Shown here: positions 34,875 through 39,791 of the stretch, piece by piece
How positions within the stretch are numbered: the first letter of the stretch is position 1
How the letters are laid out: the number at the start of each line of letters is the position of its first letter
Sequence record: NC_069154.1
Reading direction: 5' to 3' (one strand)
DNA from: Klebsiella phage VLCpiS11a
DNA: 39,791 nt
Made by a program: the position numbers and the translations under genes
Notes under the pieces: generated by a model
What the model saw: only the letters and a program-made list of their open reading frames with translations
What the model was told of the DNA's origin: nothing
Databases searched by the model: none

Positions 34875-35027
34875 ATGTATATCAGAACTAAATATCGGAA
34901 TTCTGGAAAGGTAGACTTGCGTCGACTACGTCGGTGCGCCCGCAGACTGTCCGCGGCATATCGCGTCCTTGGCTTAGGTAAAACTGAAAAATGGATTCGG
35001 AAAGCGGCCAGGAGATTTGGTAAATGA
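34875..35027 (+). CDS. very basic 50-aa protein (MYIRTKYRNSGKVDLRRLRRCARRLSAAYRVLGLGKTEKWIRKAARRFGK)
   Basis: AAGAGGAT RBS 8 nt upstream. Lies downstream of the twin promoter. Below the ORF-track cutoff. Confidence 0.35.
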   Translation: MYIRTKYRNSGKVDLRRLRRCARRLSAAYRVLGLGKTEKWIRKAARRFGK

Positions 35028-35164
35028 AACCAATGGCAAAGCGTAACCCAACGAAACACCAGCAACGTCGCCGGGTTTTCCTGGTGTATCTACCTGCAGC
35101 ATGGGCGGCTATCGCCTTAGTCTGCTGGGGCCTTGCCTGGCTCATAAAAAACGCCCCGCTATAG
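35024..35164 (+). CDS. 46-aa membrane peptide (MKPMAKRNPTKHQQRRRVFLVYLPAAWAAIALVCWGLAWLIKNAPL)
   Basis: ATGA overlap with the preceding ORF. One TM segment. Ends inside the terminator hairpin. Confidence 0.35.
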   Translation: MKPMAKRNPTKHQQRRRVFLVYLPAAWAAIALVCWGLAWLIKNAPL

Positions 35165-35172
35165 GGGCGTTG
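35143..35172. terminator. rho-independent terminator shared by the convergent moron cassette and the Rz/Rz1 genes
   Basis: ACGCCCC-GCTATA-GGGGCGT. The minus-strand U-tract is strong (UUUUUUAU) and the plus-strand U-tract is weak. Confidence 0.55.
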
Positions 35173-35407
35173 TCACATTCTTAACCCAGTCCTGCAGCTG
35201 GTACACCTGCAACCGCAACCGCCGGCCACAATCCATATTCTGCACATCCGCGTTTAGATCCGCGTCACTGTCCTTTTCCGCTGCCTGAAACTGGCACGGC
35301 TTCGTCATCATAGCCGGGGATGGCGTTGGCATTGTCGATAGCACGCTGTTTGAGTTGCACCCGGTCATCGTCAAAATTACAGCGAACGCGATCAAGATTC
35401 TGCACAT
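35159..35407 (-). CDS. o-spanin (Rz1-like lipoprotein) in the +1 frame, overlapping the end of Rz
   Basis: MCRILIAFAVILTMTGC signal with a Cys, then Pro-rich PTPSP. Strong internal RBS AAGAGGTGG. The lipobox is non-canonical. Confidence 0.5.
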   Translation of the reverse strand: MCRILIAFAVILTMTGCNSNSVLSTMPTPSPAMMTKPCQFQAAEKDSDADLNADVQNMDCGRRLRLQVYQLQDWVKNVTTPL

Positions 35408-35651
35408 ATTTAACCACCTCTTTCGTTATCACAACGGTTTTTGCCGCTCCGGCCCGATCGGCTTCTACGGCCTTCTTGTCGTTAACCTGCTGCGCGGCCA
35501 CTCGTTTAGCGAGCGCCGATCTCGCTTTCTCTTCCTGCTGGCTAACCAGTTTCGCGCGGCCGTCGTTCCAGCCGTTATGGTATTGCCATTTACCGAAACC
35601 AACAAGGGTAAGGATAACCGCTACCGCAACCAAGATATAAACTTTCCACAT
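35265..35651 (-). CDS. i-spanin (Rz-like)
   Basis: N-terminal TM VYILVAVAVILTLVGFG followed by a charged coiled-coil periplasmic domain. AAAGGTGG RBS. 128 aa. Confidence 0.6.
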   Translation of the reverse strand: MWKVYILVAVAVILTLVGFGKWQYHNGWNDGRAKLVSQQEEKARSALAKRVAAQQVNDKKAVEADRAGAAKTVVITKEVVKYVQNLDRVRCNFDDDRVQLKQRAIDNANAIPGYDDEAVPVSGSGKGQ

Positions 35652-35683
35652 ATCGCCACCTTTACAATTGCTGCCGTTGATTT

Positions 35684-35915
35684 CTCGCAAAATAAATGAT
35701 ACGATCAGCTTCGCTTTTGAGCGACGCCTCGCAAAGGCGGGCGCGCAACAAGCAATTGAAGTGATCGATTCAGCCCACCACGTTATAACTCCTTGATTTA
35801 TCTTACTTATTTTCACCACTCGCAAACTAAAACGGCAGCAACCAACGAAAATGACGTAAGTCCTTGATAAATATACTCGCAATTCGACTCGCAAAATTTT
35901 GCGAGTCTTGCGAAT
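35684..35915. repeat. iteron cluster 2: 7 or more TCGCAA/ACTCGCAA copies plus a perfect 20-bp palindrome ACTCGCAAAATTTTGCGAGT (35887-35906)
   Basis: TCGCAA at 35684, 35729, 35820, 35877 and 35889. TTGCGA at 35901 and 35910. Homologous over about 70 bp to 5227-5306. Confidence 0.6.
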
Positions 35916-35934
35916 CGGTGCTACACGTAATTTA

Positions 35935-36984
35935 TTACGAGTTCCCGGACAAGAATTTGGCTACGCGTTTATCGTTGTCCGCCATCTCGCGCAGGGTCAA
36001 CGGGCGCCCGAAACCGTCAACCGAAGCCGCCCGGAATTCCTCCGCCGTCATGCCGCTATTGCGGAAGATATTACCGCGCACTGGTCCGAGTGCCTCATCC
36101 TGGAACCATGCCGGCTGCATACGGAGGAACTCATAATATGACGTGTCCGCATCAACCTGGGTCCCTCCGTCAGCGCCGCGCGCCGCACGTTTAGCGCCTG
36201 CGTCCAGGAAGTCAAATGATTTGTCGATCACTGGTGCGGTTGTCGTCCGGCAGTTCGGATGCAACGGCGGCAGCGGCCCCTTACCGATGTCGTACACCTT
36301 ACCGTGCGGCAGGTTTCGACAGATAGACGACGTCCGCTTGTCCAGGGTCACCACCAGCTCGTAGCCCTCCACAATATCGTCGTTTTTCTGGTAGGTTAAA
36401 TTCTTCGCCTCGGTCGACACGTGATTCATCGCCGTGCGCACCACCGTTGCCGCATTGCGGTTTGACACGTCGGCCAGCCCGCCCGGGCCGACTACCTGGC
36501 GCACGATATCGCGCGTCGACATGCCCTGCACAAAGCCCGATTTAACGCCGGTGACCAGACGATTAATTTCCGTGTCCTGCCAGCTGGTCAACATGTCCTG
36601 GAAGTCTACCGGTTTACCTTCCAGCTGCAGCGGGTTGAATTTAATGGCCGACCAGACTTGATCCGGCGCTGGTGTGGTGAAATTGGCGTTGACGAATTCA
36701 CCCATCGTGTTCGCTGACCAGGCGGCTTCGTATTCGGCAATAGCCCTGAGGTCCGCTATAAGGCGGCCCTCCCATTTTCCGGAGGTGCCATACAAAATAT
36801 CCTCCATGTCTTTTAACATCTTCTCCAGTCGCGCGCGGGTGCGGCTCTCGTCCCCGAAAGCCAGCACCTTTTGCTTTACCTCATCGCGCATCTGCTGGAT
36901 GAACGGCTCCAGCTCGTTCACCTCATGCGAGGCGTTGCGCTGGAGCCAGATCTGGTGGCTAATGAATGCGGTTAAGAGGCTCAT
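35935..36984 (-). CDS. head morphogenesis protein (SPP1 gp7 / Mu F-like)
   Basis: 349 aa and directly downstream of the portal gene with an overlap. Assignment by gene order. Confidence 0.55.
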   Translation of the reverse strand: MSLLTAFISHQIWLQRNASHEVNELEPFIQQMRDEVKQKVLAFGDESRTRARLEKMLKDMEDILYGTSGKWEGRLIADLRAIAEYEAAWSANTMGEFVNANFTTPAPDQVWSAIKFNPLQLEGKPVDFQDMLTSWQDTEINRLVTGVKSGFVQGMSTRDIVRQVVGPGGLADVSNRNAATVVRTAMNHVSTEAKNLTYQKNDDIVEGYELVVTLDKRTSSICRNLPHGKVYDIGKGPLPPLHPNCRTTTAPVIDKSFDFLDAGAKRAARGADGGTQVDADTSYYEFLRMQPAWFQDEALGPVRGNIFRNSGMTAEEFRAASVDGFGRPLTLREMADNDKRVAKFLSGNS

Positions 36985-38483
36985 ACGGACGCCGCCTGGT
37001 CGCTGCCGGTTTGCTGATTAGCCGACGCTGGGATGTCACCGTTAACCGTCGTCGCAGTGCCGCGAGTCGGGATCGGCTGATCTGCAATAGCATCCTCGAT
37101 CTGTTCGTTGGTCCAGTTCGTCACTCCAGCCTCGCGCAGCGCTTCGTAATAAGCGGTTGCAGGGAGAAGTCCCGCATTAATATCGGATACCCAAGCGGCG
37201 CGGTCCTGCGCGGTCATCGGCTTGAGGAAGAACTCCATGTTCAGCTTAAACTCGATGTCGGCCGTGTCCGCATTAAGCATGCCGGCGACCCACTTAAGCG
37301 CGTCGGTGTAGGCCTGGCTCACGTTACGGGCGATCGTAGACATAACTGACGTATCGGCCCCGCGCTGCAGCCGCGCGGATTCGGCGGTGATCTGCACCGT
37401 TGGGGTGATCAGCTGCGCGCCGATCTGCACCGCCTGCTGCTCCTTGTCCAGCATGTTTTGCTTCGCCAGGTTATTCTCGGCAGCCTGAATAAGCTGCGCG
37501 GTGCCGCCGGCGCCGATATTGTGGCCGGTACGCGAGCCCATCTTAACACCGCCCGGGTTGGCCTTGTTGAATTGTTCGAGGTTCATATTCTCGCCAGGGG
37601 ACATAAACAGCGTAGGCTGCCCGACGACGAAACTGGACTCTTCATTATCAGCACTGTTTCGGAAATGACCGATATTCAGTTCTGCCAGGGGCAGGATCGG
37701 CGGGTCATCCGGCGTGTGGTCGTTATTGGTCGCACCGATGAACGTAAACGGGATGATCCCCGCGGGCACGCTGGCGAGGTTAGGGAAAATCTCCTTCACG
37801 TCGCCGCGCATAACGCCCTTCTGGTCGAATTGATACAGGCGCTGCCGATATTTACCCTCTACGATGTCGAGCACGCGGTACTGTTCGCCGTAGCTGGTGC
37901 TGAATTCATCCTGCCCGCTGTTGTACTCGTAGGACTCGCGCAGGACGATCAGCGAAACGCGGTTAACCGACCCTACCCGGGTGAGACGCCAGTTAATGAT
38001 GTTCTCGGCAGTATAGAAAACGATGACCGGGTTTAATAATCCCTCGTTCTGCTCCGCCATTGTCGCGGCGCCCGTCTCCGGGGCATCAACCAGCAGGCCG
38101 CCGCGGCCGATTGAGTCGATCTCCATTAGCGTGTCCTGGGCGTGCTGCCAAAGGCCGACACCGGAACCGTCGCAGTTGGTCAGCAGATATTCCAGCTGAT
38201 CGGGGATCGTCTGTTCCGGGTCCTTACGCATCACGCTGCCGACCATCCCGGATAACGTGCGCTTGGTGAAGTTGTAGCAGATCGCCCCGTCTTCGTATTC
38301 CCGCTGGCGCTGCTTGCCGTATTCCGGGTCGCCTTCGTTCTTCCCTACATTGCGCAGATATTCCTTAAGCTCGCCAGCGATGGCGTGGCGCACCTTCTGC
38401 CATTTCGGCATGTATTTTTCATAATCCGGATGCAGGGTTTTGACGTTCATCCCCGATCCGGCGTTGATATTGGCTGTCGTCAT
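36981..38483 (-). CDS. portal protein
   Basis: 500 aa. Directly downstream of terL. GAGGA RBS. Confidence 0.8.
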   Translation of the reverse strand: MTTANINAGSGMNVKTLHPDYEKYMPKWQKVRHAIAGELKEYLRNVGKNEGDPEYGKQRQREYEDGAICYNFTKRTLSGMVGSVMRKDPEQTIPDQLEYLLTNCDGSGVGLWQHAQDTLMEIDSIGRGGLLVDAPETGAATMAEQNEGLLNPVIVFYTAENIINWRLTRVGSVNRVSLIVLRESYEYNSGQDEFSTSYGEQYRVLDIVEGKYRQRLYQFDQKGVMRGDVKEIFPNLASVPAGIIPFTFIGATNNDHTPDDPPILPLAELNIGHFRNSADNEESSFVVGQPTLFMSPGENMNLEQFNKANPGGVKMGSRTGHNIGAGGTAQLIQAAENNLAKQNMLDKEQQAVQIGAQLITPTVQITAESARLQRGADTSVMSTIARNVSQAYTDALKWVAGMLNADTADIEFKLNMEFFLKPMTAQDRAAWVSDINAGLLPATAYYEALREAGVTNWTNEQIEDAIADQPIPTRGTATTVNGDIPASANQQTGSDQAASV

Positions 38484-38495
38484 AGCGTCCTCGTC

Positions 38496-39767
38496 TTAGA
38501 GCGGGAAAGAAACAGGAATGTTGATTACCGGCTTCACGATCGGCATCTCGTAAGCGATAGGATAACCCGTCGCGTCGTTCTGGTGGTCATTATTTCCGGA
38601 TTTATCAGGCTCGCCGTTTTTATTATAGGCCTGCTGTTCCAGGCACCGGGCCGTCACCGGGCATGCCTGCTCGTTAACCCGCAGCCGTCCGGACTCTAAG
38701 GCTTTATTGACGGCGGCCACTCTGTCCTTTACCGCCGGGTTGCTGGCGTTTGCCCGCACTTCGAAGCCGGCTTGCTCCAGCTGCGCGATATCCGACCGTG
38801 ACGCGTCCTGCGATTTACGGTTTTTCCCGCTGGCGTCCGGGTACATGACAATGTGATGCCCGGCGCGCTGCCAGCGCTCGGAAATAGTCCGCACCATATC
38901 CGGCGTATCAAACATATCGACAAGTTCGGCCACGGCGTGCCATACGTAGCCGCGTTGCACGTATACGGTTGACGCCATGTGCCCGACGTTAAAATCCTGG
39001 CCTATGTACAGCGTTTCGCCGGGCTGGATGGTCTCCCGACTGCTGCACTTGTTGCGATTGTAGGCATAGTAAACGGTGCCGGAAGTCAGGTTGACGAATT
39101 CGCCGTTAATGTACGCCTCGATCAGCTGTTCCGGGTAGGTCGCGCGCAGCGAATCGACATAATCCTCGGGCAGGAAGGGGTTCGATAACGTCGAGGCCTG
39201 GATCATGTCGTAACCTGGCATTTTGTTTACCACCCAGCGATCGTGGACAAAACGGAATCCTTCCGGCGTGGTGAATATCGATACGGTGTTGATCGGCTTC
39301 GGCGACGTCGCCCGATAAGTATCGGGCCGCTGGCGGTTACGCGCGATTATCTTATTCCAGGCATCAGCAGCATGTTCCATTTTCAGGGTGTCGAGTTCGT
39401 CGACTTTGGCCCGGAATGATTCATAACCGACGATGCGCGCGGGGTTGTCCAGTGTACGCAATACAAAATCACCCAGCTGCCGGTTGCTGGTGTAAATTAT
39501 GTTGTCGGACTTATTGTAACGGTATCGTACGCCCCATTCCTGCAGCTTTTCCTCCATGCGTGGGGCCAGAATAAGGCGCACAAGGTCATAGGTCGGTTCG
39601 TACATGGCAATCATCGACGACGCGCCGCCTTCCAGGCTGTCAAGCAACGCAGAATTGCACATCACCTCGGATTTACCCGTGCCGAAGCCCGCCACGAAAG
39701 CCGGGAATTTACAATGCATGTTGAGGAATGCCGCCTGCGGCTCAGTCGCCTTTATGCTGATTTGCAC
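38496..39767 (-). CDS. terL: terminase large subunit
   Basis: Walker A AGFGTGKSE ATPase motif and a C-terminal nuclease-like domain. Its 5' end is the terminal duplication; it overlaps the terS stop by 26 nt. Confidence 0.85.
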   Translation of the reverse strand: MQISIKATEPQAAFLNMHCKFPAFVAGFGTGKSEVMCNSALLDSLEGGASSMIAMYEPTYDLVRLILAPRMEEKLQEWGVRYRYNKSDNIIYTSNRQLGDFVLRTLDNPARIVGYESFRAKVDELDTLKMEHAADAWNKIIARNRQRPDTYRATSPKPINTVSIFTTPEGFRFVHDRWVVNKMPGYDMIQASTLSNPFLPEDYVDSLRATYPEQLIEAYINGEFVNLTSGTVYYAYNRNKCSSRETIQPGETLYIGQDFNVGHMASTVYVQRGYVWHAVAELVDMFDTPDMVRTISERWQRAGHHIVMYPDASGKNRKSQDASRSDIAQLEQAGFEVRANASNPAVKDRVAAVNKALESGRLRVNEQACPVTARCLEQQAYNKNGEPDKSGNNDHQNDATGYPIAYEMPIVKPVINIPVSFPL

Positions 39768-39791
39768 CGACGACCTCCACGACGACTTTCT
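39665..39791. repeat. second copy of the 127-bp terminal duplication
   Basis: Identical to 1-127. Confidence 0.9.

Noticed and set aside
1-39791. Search for CRISPR arrays, tRNAs, and integrase/excisionase/CI genes
   Set aside because: No spaced direct repeats, no cloverleaf-like T-loop (GGTTCGAAT type) candidates in intergenic DNA, and no recombinase-like ORF were seen by eye. Absence was not confirmed by a tool search.

Overview
The window is a complete tailed-phage genome of about 39.66 kb. Positions 1-127 are identical to 39665-39791, so the sequence is circular or terminally redundant, and the terminase large-subunit gene crosses that junction. The base composition (moderately GC-rich) and the gene content fit an enterobacterial siphovirus-type phage. 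The replication module is on the + strand and the structural module on the - strand, a layout reminiscent (from memory, unverified) of Jersey-like/Guernseyvirinae phages. I found no integrase and no CI-like repressor, only a small Cro/XRE-type HTH protein, so the phage is probably virulent.

Minus-strand blocks, in transcription order:
- Early left operon: HTH regulator (7664-7900), a primase-polymerase/helicase (5298-7598), a 555-bp non-coding iteron region, then six small accessory genes (3133-4742) and a terminator.
- Lysis block: two holin-like membrane proteins and a GH24 endolysin (2029-3066), followed by three small genes and a terminator.
- terS (78-581), terL (38496-39767), portal, and a head-morphogenesis gene.
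- A 1.2-kb mosaic insert carrying Rz/Rz1 spanins and an opposite-strand cassette.
- Scaffold, major capsid, neck genes, major tail, G/GT-like chaperones, tape measure, minor tail proteins, an NlpC/P60 K-like protein, a J-like tip protein and a tailspike (19886-21787).

Plus-strand early/replication block (8120-18997):
- An acidic/basic low-complexity first-early protein with its own terminator.
- A DUF2800 PD-(D/E)XK nuclease, a DUF2815 SSB, family-A DNA polymerase, an HExxH protein and a VRR-NUC protein.
- An HNH-AP2 homing endonuclease, an SNF2 helicase, a short C5-cytosine MTase-like gene and a phage-type N6-adenine MTase.

Regulatory and accessory observations:
- A 12-copy TTGGTTGC motif sits at most promoters.
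- Two clusters of ACTCGCAA iterons each contain a 20-bp palindrome.
- Two near-identical 42-bp sigma70 promoters drive opposite-strand moron cassettes inside or next to the late operon. One cassette encodes a DUF2829/Tad2-like small protein plus an exported protein. The other encodes a 50-aa basic peptide plus a 46-aa membrane peptide, convergent with the spanins. A third moron (84-aa membrane protein) sits between the major tail and chaperone genes.

All functional calls come from motif recognition by eye. No database search was run. The ORF track marks GTG/TTG starts as M, and I re-checked starts only where stated.
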